A DNA stretch of 64,000 nt, taken from contig JAAOMT010000309.1 in the NCBI GenBank assembly GCA_016748015.1, forward strand, positions 1 to 64,000. The letters run 5' to 3'. Under the pieces are notes generated by a model, which was not told the DNA's origin, did no database searches, and saw only the letters and a list, made by a program, of their open reading frames with translations. This document shows, piece by piece, positions 49,101 through 61,374 of the stretch. Position numbers and translations under genes: made by a program. The stretch's first letter is position 1; the number at the start of each line of letters is the position of its first letter. Origin of the DNA: Geosiphon pyriformis uo1. Taxonomy: Eukaryota; Fungi; Glomeromycota.

Positions 49101-49335
49101 ATACTGTGTAGCCTCTATTACCAAAACTTTGATTGGAGTAATGATACCATTTATTTCAAAAAAAAAAATTATCAATCTTGCCAACAAAAGTCTTGGTCAC
49201 TTCATCAGCCATTATTATCTTGGCACTGGCAGCACAATCAACTCAGCAACTTAATTGGTCCATAAGTTGTCATGTGATAATACTACTTGCTGACTCACTA
49301 TTAAGAATGAGTTTAATAGCATGGCTATTTACTTT
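46122..49335 (-). mobile_element. pol: Gypsy-B pol: protease, Cys-rich insert, dUTPase, spacer, RT
   Basis: Protease ~49070-49335; Cys-rich region ~47907-48800; dUTPase ~47485-47882; RT LDLDSSYWQV, FGLMNTPAIFQ, IYLDD, LKLNANKC. Confidence 0.92.
47485..47882 (-). pseudogene. dut: Trimeric-type dUTPase domain inside Gypsy-B pol
   Basis: All five motifs are recognisable: DTKFNL (DAGFDL), ASKKNLA (RSSLA), RIINTEYIE (GIIDAGYxG), KIAQAI and RKIQGFGSTG. Two frameshifts. Confidence 0.88.
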
Positions 49336-49355
49336 NNNNNNNNNNNNNNNNNNNN

Positions 49356-49443
49356 AGGAATCTTGGAATTTCATATTTACTATGGCTACTTCTAATTGGC
49401 TAATTATATATTAATATATACTTCTTATGTTCTATGAATAACA
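49356..49443 (-). repeat. End of an LTR-B copy (inferred 5' LTR of the nested element)
   Basis: Matches 24902-24989, ends TAACA, and is followed by atgt and resumed LTR-A sequence. Confidence 0.85.
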
Positions 49444-49786
49444 ATGTTTTAGGAAAAAGTAGAAAAATACCAACAAGCGATTTTTTATTCCAAGATGTTC
49501 AGATACTTGAAGATAGGAAAAAAGAAATTAGTAATAAGAGAATGATTGAGATAAAAGTTGTTATTTTATTTATTCTTAATTATTTTGAATATGTTTTTCT
49601 ACAGTTAAGAAATTTATTGCTTATATACCTATCAAAAATAATCAATGATCAGGTCAATAATTATGTTAATAGTCATGTTATTGATCAGGTCAATGATTAT
49701 TATCTAAAAATAGAATGGCTAATTATATGACATTAGTGGCTAATACATATAATAATTAATAAGAAATATAAGTTTTAATTATAATA
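49444..49786 (-). repeat. Gypsy-A 5' LTR, distal part, followed by TSD ctat (49787-49790) and host LINE sequence to 49963
   Basis: Aligns to 17737-18067. The flank matches the empty site at ~57320-57500. Confidence 0.88.
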
Positions 49787-49983
49787 CTATATAATTATGT
49801 TAATAAGAACTTTCTTATTTGCACCAATAAAAAACAAATAATCTATCTTTAAACTAAAACTAACAACATAACTCTTTTTAATCTTCAACAACCAAGTAAT
49901 ATTACCTAAAATTTTAGCAAAAAAGCTGTAAACAATATCAAACAAGAAGTTATTTTTACTTAANNNNNNNNNNNNNNNNNNNN

Positions 49984-50233
49984 ACTATGAATTATTTCGG
50001 CCAATTTCCATTAATTTCGGCGAATTTTTGCTATGTTATATGGTTCAGGGTATTGTGTAAATTGATCATCTCAATTTCTATGGTCCAAATCGGGTTATTG
50101 ATTAAATGATGATAATTGCTAATTTGATTAACTAATAAGTGAAATTCGAAACGATAATAATATATGCTAATTAATGATAGGAATTATAAAGAAAATTTCA
50201 TGCTAATTAATAGCTAAAATTCTACTGGTAACA
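49984..50233 (-). repeat. Partial 3' LTR of a younger Gypsy (family D) with PPT at 50234-50246
   Basis: Minus strand gagaaggagatta, then TGTTACC. Confidence 0.7.
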
Positions 50234-50390
50234 TAATCTCCTTCTCAAGACTGAGCTCCGTCGAAGTCCAAGCACTATCTGTGGTATTAAGATAGTAGTC
50301 AAAAATGATTGAAGTGATCTGGTCTGAAAATTGTTGAAATTTCAGTTCTGTGGGTTTGCCAATGTATTGGNNNNNNNNNNNNNNNNNNNN

Positions 50391-52837
50391 GCCGGTTACC
50401 ATGTGCTGCTTTTCTTAATATTTTATCATCTAGTCTTAGCTTGTATGCTCCATTTCCAAGTATTTCATGAATATAAAATGGTCCATCCCACTTGTAATCA
50501 AATTTTTCACTCCACTGTTTTTCCATTTTTGTACGATGCAACAATACTTTATCTCCAATTTTGTAGCTAATTATATTATCTGGTAACTGGTTATCATGTC
50601 TTACTTTTTGTTGTTCTTGTGATTGTTCAATATTTTGTGCTGCTTTTCTTCTTTTGTTTTCTAAAGTTCCCATTAATTTGTATATTCTTCTAAGTAGTAT
50701 TTCCTGGAATGTTGCTTCTGTGATAGTGTCACTCGGATAAGTTGGAATAGTAAGTTCAATGGGTAATGTGGCTTTTCTTCCATAAACTAGTTCGAACAGT
50801 GTGAATTGTGTAGTATCTTGTTTTACTGTTCTATATGCTAGTAGTACTGTTGGTATGAACAAATCCCATTCTTTTTCATGTTCGTTACTAATTTTCACCA
50901 GTGATTCGCATAATGTGCGATTAAATCTTTCAACTAATCCATTTGTTTGAGGGTGGTATGGTGATGACAGTGGTCGCTTGATTCCAAATTTTTGGCTAAG
51001 TTCTTTTAAGGTGCTGTTTACGAAGTGTGTGTCTTGATCTGATAGCAATTCTTGTGAACATCTATGTCAGCAAATTAAGTCTTCATGTACAAATTGAGCT
51101 ACGGAAATAGCATCAGCTGTTTTAATAGCTCTAACTTCTGGCCATTTGGTGAGATAGTCCATGGCTACTGCAATATAACAGTTGTTTCTTGTTGTTATTG
51201 GTAAGAATCCAACTAAATCAATTCCGATTCTGTCAAATGGCTGTCCAACTTTTATTGGTCTTAATAATTCCGTTGTTTTTGCTCCTCCTCTTCGTTGGCA
51301 TGGGTCACAATTTCTTATGTATTGGATTATGTCTGAACTCATTTTTGGCCAATAGTAACAGCTAGTTGTACGTTGAATGGTTGCTGTTTTTCTAAAGTGG
51401 CCTGAATGAATATCTGAGTACATGTTAAATAAGATAGTTTCTTTTTCATCCGTGATTATAACTCTTAATAGATTATCTGGATTTTGTCGATTCCGGTAAT
51501 AAAGTATGTGATTTTGGATGAAATAGTGTTTTGCTAATTTTTGGAGCTTAATTAGCTCTTTTACTGGCATTTCTTTGTCTATTTGTAGTGTTTCCAAGTA
51601 TTGGCTGAGGTTTTTGTAAAGGTGGTTGTTCATTGTTGTTGTGGCGGGTGGGTTGGTGATTTTTATGTGTGTCTCATTCTTGACAAACAGTCGGCATTAG
51701 CATTTTTGGTACCTTCTTTGTATTTGATAATATAATCGTATGGTGCTAACATTTGTGACCATCTGGTGTATTTTTCTTTTAGCGCTTTTTTGTTATTTAA
51801 CCAGACCAGACCTCTATGATCTGTCATAATCTCAAAGGGTTGGTACTATAAATATGTGTTAAAGTGAACACAACTCCAGACTACTGCTAAGCATTCAAGT
51901 TCATGTGCTGTGTAGTTTTGTTCTGCTGTACTGAAACTTCTGCTGGCATAAGTGATTACACGTTCTCTTCCATTATTATCTTTTTGTGACAGAATGGCTC
52001 CAAGTCCAGTTCTAGAGGCATCTGTGGCCAAAATGAATTTCTTGTTGAAATTCGGATAGATCATTATTGGTGATTCAATGAGCTTTTGTCTAAGGTACTC
52101 AAAAGCTTTTTGTTGTACTTCAGTCCATTCAAACTTCACATTTTTAGATAGTAGGTAATTAAGGGGTTTGGCGATGTTTGAAAAGTTTTCTACAAAGCAG
52201 CGGTAGTAAGATGCGAGTCCTAAAAAGCTTCTAACTTTTGAGATGTTTCGAGGTACTGGAAAATTTTTCACTTTGTCTATTTTTGATGGATCTGGTTTTA
52301 TTCCATCTTTTCCAACTACATGTCCTAAAAATGCTAGCTTATTTTTCCCAAAGAAACATTTTTCTAGATTTAGTTTAAGTTCAGTGTGTCTCAATCTCTC
52401 AAAAACTTGTTATAAATGTTGGAAATGATCCGTGAATTTTGACGAAAAAACATTTGTATCATCCAAGTAGACAACAACGGATTGTCACAGGATTCCGGAA
52501 TAAATTATGTCCATTAGTCTTTGGAATATTACGGGAGCATTTGTTAATCCAAATGGCATTACATTGAACTCATAATTGCCATTTTGTGTTGTGAATGCTG
52601 TTTTATGCCTGTCCTTTGGGTCCATTTCCACTTGCCAGTACCTACTGGTCAAGTCCAGTGTAGAAAACCATTTTGCTCCTCCAAAAACGTCGAAGATTTC
52701 ATCAATTAACGGTATTGGGTATGAGTCTTTGGTTGTTTTGTTGTTTAGTTTGCGATAGTCGACACAAAATCTAATTTTTCCGTTCTTTTTCCTTACTAAA
52801 ACAACTGGTGAGGACCATGGGCTCATTGATGGTTGTA
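50391..52837 (-). mobile_element. pol: Gypsy-D RT, RNase H and integrase (least mutated element)
   Basis: SPWSSPVVLVRKKNGKIRFCVDYRKLN, MPFGLTNAP, VVVYLDD, LATDAS, ELECLAVVW. Integrase 51633 to ~50391 with CDPCQ, LSDQDTHF, YHPQTNGLVERFNRTL, WDGPFYI. Many CpGs are retained. Confidence 0.95.
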
Positions 52838-53010
52838 NNNNNNNNNNNNNNNNNNNNCATAGAAAAAAAAAAGTTTAAACTTAATATAAATTAAATTATA
52901 TTTATTAATACCAATATTAAAAATAGTAAAAAACTATTAATTTTAATTTTATAAAAAATTAACAAAAAAAATTAGTATTAAATAAGATTTTGGCTTTTTA
53001 CTAATAATAA

Positions 53011-53681
53011 TGTTACAGTTGAAACTTATACTTCTTATTAATTATTATATGTATTAACCACTAATATCATATAAATTAGCTACTCTATTTTTAGAAAGTG
53101 ATTATTGATCTGATTATTGACTTGATTATTAACTTAGTCATTGATCTGATTATTAACCACTTTTGATAGCTATATAAAATAATGAATCTCTTAGCTACAG
53201 AAAAGCATAAAGAAATTAAGAAAATAAAATAACACTTTTTATCTTAATCATTCTCTTATTGCTAATTTTTCTTTCTCTACCTTTAAGTATTCGAATATTT
53301 TGGAATAAAAGATCACTTGTTGGTATTTTTCTACCTTTTTTCTGAAATGTATAAGTGTAGCATTTAAAAATTATTGAATAAAATATAACTAAAAACCACA
53401 TCTGATACTTGATATTAAATTCTAAGAGCACCAACATAAGACATACAATTATACCAAACATGATCATTTGTTGATAATACAGATTATCTCTTTATCTTCA
53501 GATTCTCTGATTATCTTTTGAAAAGAATAGTAACTAAAATATTTTATGAGACTGATCTTATACATTAAATCTATACTTATTCAATTTGCTCTTTGAAATT
53601 GAATTCTCTTTGATTATTTCTATTACTCTACAATCTTATTCTCCCTTGCTATCTATTAGCTTGTTACTTCAATCTGTAACA
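53011..53681 (+). repeat. 5' LTR of an independent Gypsy-A insertion (671 bp)
   Basis: TGTTACA...TGTAACA termini; reverse-complement homolog of 17406-18067; different flank; PBS follows. Confidence 0.9.
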
Positions 53682-53687
53682 TAAAAG

Positions 53688-53704
53688 TGGTGCTTTTTGT
53701 AAAG
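53688..53704 (+). promoter_or_regulatory. Primer-binding site
   Basis: TGGTGCTTTTTGTAAAG, 6 nt downstream of the LTR. Confidence 0.65.
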
Positions 53705-56385
53705 TTGTCAAATTCCACTTATTTCTCTATTGTATGGGTGATTATTTATATCTGCCATAGCAATTAGAAAAACACTTTGCAGCACATAACAAAAATGACC
53801 TAAATTTCATTGAACTTAATTCTTTGCCCTTCTGCTTGATTTGCTTTTCCATTAAAAAACAATCTAGTAGACAATTTTAAGACTTTTGGAACTGGTTTTT
53901 GAACAAACATTCAGCTGAAATTTACACAGCCTATACAACTTATTACTTTGATCAAGCTTATCTTGAAGACAACTTTGAAGAAAGAAACAACAGCATTAAT
54001 CAGCTTTTATACTCAACAACTTTTGAACAACATCCTCCTGATTTCGAATATTTAAATCATCAAATCCACTTCTGGATTGCTGCCTATCAATTAGTTAAGA
54101 CTTCACTTAAAACAAAAAAAAANNNNNNNNNNNNNNNNNNNNAACAATAACAATCAAAACAACAGAATCATCAACAACAATGTTTCCAATCAAAGACCCA
54201 ATTATGCCAACATCAATTTCTTTGGAGAGAATTTCTTAGTCAAAACTACTGTTTATTAATCTTTAAACTGGTAAGCACACCTCCAAAGAATGAGAGTACA
54301 AACCAATCAAAAAAAAACCCTTTTTATGCTTTTAACCTAATTGATGATAACTATAACATAAAGAAATTAGCAATCAATATCTTTGAATCAATCAGAAAAA
54401 AGAAAAAAGCCAAAGTTGATTTCATTTTAGACCTTAACAAAGCCTTAACTTTTACTGCTAATAACCATGAGCCACCAAAGACCAAAGTTTTTAAAAATTC
54501 TCCAAAGTTAGAACCCCCAGAAATAGTACAAAAATCTGGTCCTTATTCTGTTGTCAAAGATCTTATAGAAACACCTACTCATATTATCTTTGGCCAGTTA
54601 ATGACCCATTTCCAATTCAAAAAAGACCTTTACAAATTTTTAATTTCTAAGAAAAAAACACTAAAGACCAACAAATGCTTGTATCAAGCCAGATTTGCTG
54701 ACAACAGCAATGTTACTCCTCTTATTTGTAAAGTCCAAGTGGCTGGTTACTTCATTTATCTGATCTTAGTTAGTAGATCATCTGTTAGTGTTATTGCCAA
54801 ACACTTTTTAGAAGCAATTGGCAGAAAGATTGATAAACTATTTACTAAACTAATGACCAATATACATGGTAATAAAAAGAAAGATCTGGGCATAACCAAA
54901 GCTATTCCTGTCCAAATTAATGGCATTAGCATTGAAACTGACATAGAAGTATCTGAAACAAAAGAATACACCATAATAATTGGTAATGAATGGTTTAAGA
55001 AAACAAAAGTTTTGCTTAATTATAAACTCTGTGAACTAACCATTATATGTGGTAAGAAACCCATTGTTGTTAAGTGTCATTATTGGACAACCCCTCTAGT
55101 ATTCAAGCAGAATCAAAAAAAAAACAATCAGATAAATCAGATGATAATGAAAGCAATAAAAAAAAAATCAAAAAGAACAAAAAGAAACTGCTAAACTTGT
55201 CTATACTATCTTCACCAGCAACAGCAAGCCATTGAACAATATTAAAGCTGACAAAGAAGAAATTATGGTAAATGGCAAGCTAATCTGCTGGCCCTACTAT
55301 AATATTCTCAGAAGAATCTTTAATAAAAAGTTTGGTAAGAAAGCCAAATACAGTTATTGGTGGCATGGTTCTTGTGCTAGATGCTGGTACAATAAATCTT
55401 TGTATTCTCCTAGTGATAAATGNNNNNNNNNNNNNNNNNNNNAAATTTACACAGCCTATACAACTTATTACTTTGATCAAGCTTATCTTGAAGACAACTT
55501 TGAAGAAAGAAACAACAGCATTAATCAGCTTTTATACTCAACAACTTTTGAACAACATCCTCCTGATTTCGAATATTTAAATCATCAAATCCACTTCTGG
55601 ATTGCTGCCTATCAATTAGTTAAGACTTCACTTAAAACAAAAAAAAAAGCTACCAAACTGCTCCTGTTTTTGATCTCTTCTCAAGTGAATTGGATTATTC
55701 TATTCAAACAATAACTTCTGAACCAATGGCTAATGATTCTATACAACAAAACATTCTAATTGCTTTCTAGGGCATATAAACTGCTTTGAGACAAAAAAAC
55801 AATACCCTACTACTCTTATTCAGAGGTAATGCACATGATTTAATAAAATGTTTGGATGACTTTGAAAGAGCTGTTACAGCCAACCAATATGATAATGAAT
55901 ACAAGTTCTAAATTGTTGGTGGCTACCTTTAAGGCTCTTCTGCTACCTGGTTTTCACAAAAAACCAATGCCAATGCTCAGCAAAAAATCATTAGATGGGC
56001 ACCAGCAAATATTGAAGAAAATAATACTTTTTTTACTATCCAGTTTAAAATAAAATTCAGAACTCCTATCTTAATATTTAAATAGTGCATAGAACTAGAA
56101 AAAAGAATCCAAAGTCCTGGTAAAGTTGTAATTGAGTATGCCAAAGCAATCAAAAAATTAATCAAGGGAGTAAATTCTGGAAGAAACTAGACAGAAGAGC
56201 AAAAGATTTATTCCTTTACAAAAGGATTGAGAACTGATCTTTCCTATGTTCTTTGGCCTCTCTTGGCATTAAAAAACAATCCCATAATGAATATGGCCAT
56301 TGAACTAGCCCAACAAATTAAAGATAACCAAAGGATGCATTTGGGATTTACACTTCCAGTTTTTGCTCTTGCTTCTGTTATGGCT
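53705..56385 (+). mobile_element. gag: Gypsy-A gag, protease and insert (three contigs, mis-ordered)
   Basis: 55443-56385 is homologous to 37725-38330 plus upstream sequence; 54143-55422 is homologous to ~38620-39895. Confidence 0.88.
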
Positions 56386-56405
56386 NNNNNNNNNNNNNNN
56401 NNNNN

Positions 56406-56788
56406 AGTTGTTTCTGTTTCTGTTTGCCTTTATTGCTTGTTTCTGTCTCTGATTCGAAACCTAGAGAAAATTGTTGTGGGACTGGGTATTTTTCTTCACA
56501 GTATTGGATGATATTGAAATCAAGTTCTTGAAAGTAGGTGGCAATTGTTTCACTGTTGAGCTCCTCAGTATTTAGACGAGAATAGTGTAGTAAGTTGTTG
56601 TAGAGGTTGCTTTTGACTTCAGTAATGTTGTAGTCTCCAAGTAGGTAGTTGTTGAATTGGTTTTCGATGTATTGGTATAATGATTTCTTAAATGCCTCAA
56701 TTCCGTCTTGGATGTTGAATCTTTGCTTGCAGTGAGTGTAAATCGACTGGTAGTACTCTAGAGTTGTTATGTCTGAAGCAGACGCCAC
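56406..56788 (-). CDS. Probable N-terminal extension of a Gypsy gag ORF (younger family)
   Basis: Open frame ...ETIATYFQELDFNIIQYCEEKYPV...NKGKQK resembles the upstream gag-B sequence SFALIIKEINQIIEKYTQQQFPITYADK (~37585-37675, minus strand). Confidence 0.5.
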
Positions 56789-57257
56789 TTTGAAGTTGTT
56801 GTTGCTGTGTTGTTTCCGTAGGAGAGCACCAAATGTTACCAGAGGTTTTTGGTCTCTTTTCTTAAATGTTGTTGATGCTTGTTTGCTGTGAATTCACGTT
56901 TTCTGGATGTGGTTGAACCTCCAGTAACTGAATTTATCTTCAAATTATCTCCTATAATTTGAACTGCTGGGCTTATAAGTGGAATGGCCAATTCCGTGCC
57001 AGTTACTTTATGTAGTTACGTTGTAGTAAACGTCAACTCTTTCCCAGGAATTGCTNNNNNNNNNNNNNNNNNNNNATTTCTAAAATTACTAAAACAATAT
57101 ATTTGAAACCTAATATTAAGATTTTATTATTGTTAAAAATATAATTATGCTTTAATAATATTAAAATCATAATTGTTATAAATATATTGTTAAGTTTATT
57201 TTATTTAAAATTAAAAAATTATTATATTGTCAAACTTTGTAAATTTTAGTTTGCTTT

Positions 57258-60200
57258 AAATTAAATATAATTTACATACTTACTATATGTGACCAATTAT
57301 TTAGCCAATTAAAACTATACTATATAATTATATTAATAAAAACTTCTTTATTTGCACCAATAAAAAACAAATAACCTATCTTTAAACCAAAACTAACAGC
57401 ATAACTCTTTTTAATCTTTAACAACCAAATAATATTACTTAAAATCTTAGCAAAAAGACTGTAAATAATATTAAACAAGAAGTTATTTTTACTTAACAAA
57501 ATTTTATAATTTATGTTTATTCAAAGTTTCAAATTAAACACTTAAATTCATTTTTTATAACCAATCACCAAGTTTTGAACAAACTTAATTAATTTAGCTG
57601 TGAATAAATTAGCATTTCTGAAAAAAGTTTTGGTTTCTTTCAATTAATTCTCAAACACAAATTTCTTGTACAAAACTGTATACAAAATTTATATTAAAAA
57701 CACATAAAACCAATAATTAAAGAACTGCAAACAAAACCAAAATTGTATTAATTAAAAACTTTTACATAAAAAAATACTTATTTAATAATTTCTGATGAGC
57801 AGACAAATTTAAGATGTAAATAAAACTATGATTTAAGAACTTTATCTTATTATAGCATATATACAATATGTTTAAATAATCATAATTATATAAGTACTTC
57901 TTGACAGCTATAAGCAATCTTTTATGTAGTGTTTTTATTAAGTATATACACAAATTAACAGTTTATTTGTTTGTATATCTAACAATTTTGTAAGAATCAA
58001 AATGCCAAACTAAAGTAATAAGCTTCTAATTAATATTATTAATACATAAAAAATTTATTATATTAAAACCAGGTCTAACTTCTTATTAAAAACGTTTTAT
58101 AGTATTATATACCATCTTAATAAAATATTAAGCATTATCAGATACCATCTTGTTATTAGCCAACAAAAACTTTTTCTTAATATTTATTGAAAAAACAAGC
58201 TTTAAAAAAAGAGTCTGATTTGCCAATCTATTAGTATGCTTATTGTCTACTATTGTAAAATAGCTTTTTATCTTGGTTTAATTTACAAAAATGCTCTTAT
58301 TTTTAACTAAATTACTAATATAATAATGTTTAATCTAACATCTATTATAAAAATTAAGTATTTTTAATTTCAATTTATTTTAACACACATTTATAGAAGC
58401 TTAACTATTAGAAAAAATTATAATATTAGAAGAAACCAAAACATATTCAAGAGCCAATACAATAATTTACATCTCAACCAAAGTCAAAGAAAACAAACCA
58501 TAGATCTCAATTTCTATACTTAAACTCAAATCAAAAAAATAAGCAACAGTATTATTAATTATATTAAAAAAGCTAAAGTTTTTAATAGAACTATTAATTT
58601 AAATTAAGATTTCAGACAAAAAAATATCTTTTAAATTAGAACAGACAACATTAAAATTATATATATTAGATATACTTATTTTGAAACAATGTCTAAAAGC
58701 AAACATAAAATTACAAGCCAGACTATTATTCTTAACAAATTCTAAAATCTGCATAAACTAAAAGAAAGTCGGACTTTTAAGATCTAACTGCTTTTAACAA
58801 CAAAAATTTTCCCAAGAAAAGCATTTTCCATAACTGCTTAAAAACTGGTCTACAAAAATTATGCCAAAATACTTGAAAGACTTATAAACTTAAAAATATT
58901 CTATCTGTTTCAAAATACTCATAACAAGAATCCTATTTTTAAGACAAAAAGCATTAAACAAATTATTGGCCAAAAAACTATTATTATGCAAAAAAATTTG
59001 AGTAATACTAATCAAAAAATTGTTTATTAAATTAACTTTTAACTTAACAGAAACTAAAGTAAGTTCTAAAAAATCTATTCTAATACTTATAAATCTAGCA
59101 ACCTATATCTAAAAAGCCAACCAAAAATACCACTAGTATTAACAAAATTCAAAACTAATGTCATCTTTTTTTCTATTTAAACTTGATTAAAAAGCTTTAA
59201 ATTATACAAAAATAAATAATACACAATCTTATTAGAAAAGTTATTTAGCAAATTAGTCTTGAATTTTAGCTTTTTTAATTAGAACAGAAGACTTACTTAT
59301 ATTTAAAAAAATACTATTAGATCTTAAATTTATTAAAATGGCTATTGTTTTGTTTATATTTATTAAAATATTTATAATATCAAAAAACTTGTTAGTAATG
59401 CCCAAAATTTTTTGCATTACTGTATAATAGTTGTCAATTTAAATTGTATTATCTACAAAAATGTTAATAACCAAATAAGAGATTAAATCTGTATTAAATT
59501 TAATTGTGTCAGTTTTAGTAACAAATTTAGAATTTATATTGTACTTAAAAAATAAATTGTGCTTTTTACTTTACATAAAAAAAAGTCATAAAAAATTTTC
59601 AAAAAAAAAGTAAAAAAACTTTATTTTGATTTAGCTTATTATAAATTCCATAACTATCAGATAAACTAAAGTATATTATTATCTTATTTTTATGGTTATT
59701 GTAAATATAACCAAAAAACCTAATAAATCTGTTACACATTTTGATTTTTTTCAAAGTGTTTTCAATAACAAATCTAATAACAAAGATAGAAAACCAAATT
59801 AAAGTGTTTTTTAAAACCAAAAAATTATTTTCATATAGAATATTATACTTATTACAGATCTTAAATATTTAATTAAACAGAATTTTTTTTGTACTTTCAA
59901 TAAGAACAATTGGTCTGGTATTTGTTAAAACATTTTTCTATTCATAAGACTTTAGAATTATCAATACTTAAGTTTCTTTTTAGACATTAAAAACCAATTT
60001 TGTTACTAAACACAAATTAAATAAACACAAAAAATGATCCAAAACATGTCTATTATAATGCTTTTACATTTTATTAAAAATACCAAACAGTTTATTAGCT
60101 TTACTATTAGAAAGATTCTTAACCATCAAAAAAAATTCATTAAAACCAATATGCTTTATAATATCTAAAAATGTTTTATTTTTGACATAATCAAAAGACA

Positions 60201-60887
60201 TAAATTGTTTTTACCAATAAAAAAAAGAAACATTTTTAATAGTACGTTTTCTGGTATAGTTTTCTATAATTAAATTAATTTTATACTTGACTAAACTGGG
60301 TTTTAAAATTAGATTATTACCATTAACCAAATAATCTAATATAATCTTTTTAAAATTTTTTTTCTGTACACTTTTTATTATTTAATCTTTATTAATGGCA
60401 AAAGCTTTTATGTATCTAGTAATGCCAGTTTTAATACAAAAACCCTTAGTAGCTTTAGATTTTAATATCTTACAAGATTTATAAACTTTTTTAAAACAAG
60501 TCAATAATTATTTAATTAAGACTCTACTATAATTATTATTAAAAAAATTTTAAATTCAATTATTTGGCCAAAATTTAATTTAATTTACTTATTAACCAAA
60601 GTTTGAATTATTTCTAAATCTTTTAATTTATATGCCTTTAAAATTTTTAACATCAGTAATTCTAATTTATAAAACTTAGTAGATATAATATATTTGATTA
60701 CACTATTATTTTGGTATTATGTTTTTGAAAGAGCAGTATTAGTGACAAAATATATCATCTAACTAAGCAGTGTTTATATTCTGTTAATGTTAATTTTTTT
60801 TTTACAATTCTCAAAATTATTGGTGACAACTAAAATAACACTTAACAACTGATTTCCAAATCTCTTTCAGATTTTTTTATTAATATC
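57258..60887 (-). mobile_element. Old, heavily AT-degraded LINE (subfamily-2-like) ORF2 and 3'UTR, with no Gypsy-A insertion
   Basis: Residual peptides MCIYLIKTLHKRLLIAVKKYLY and IKMCNRFIRFFGYIYNNHKNKII, collinear with ORF2. Confidence 0.85.
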
Positions 60888-60907
60888 NNNNNNNNNNNNN
60901 NNNNNNN

Positions 60908-61374
60908 GCAAACTAAATATAATTTTGGTTTAAAATAAACTTCTTATAAATTTTTTTTGAATCAAAACAGAGAAACTTGAAAAGTTACACTCAAAAAAAA
61001 AATATTTAAGATATCTACCACTTTTTATAGCATATCAGATTTAACCTAGTCCAAAAAAGTCTTATACTATTAAATATTGGCTTTATTTAAAAAACATACT
61101 TCATATTCTGATCTAATTTAAAACCAACTACAATACAATAAATCTTATTGTCTATTTTAAATAATTAATTTATAATGCAAGTTTTTCTACCAGCTCTTTT
61201 TAACAAAGTATTCAGATTATATGTAGTTGTTTTTACAAAAAGTGTAAACAGAAAAGTCTTATACTGATTTTTAGACATTTATATATCTTAATTATTTATA
61301 GTTTTAGCTATTTATACTGAATTTTTTTTAATTAAGAACAACTATTTAACTACTAACCAATTTTTTTAACCCAA
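60908..61374 (-). mobile_element. Degraded LINE ORF1 fossil
   Basis: The minus strand reads K*LFLIKKNSV*IAKT...QYKTFLFTLFVKTTTYNLNTLLKRAGRKTCIIN, which matches ORF1. Confidence 0.75.

Noticed and set aside
49434-49730. ORFs inside LTR-A (also 53216-53467)
   Set aside because: They are not open across all LTR copies, start at junction-derived positions, and have no motifs.
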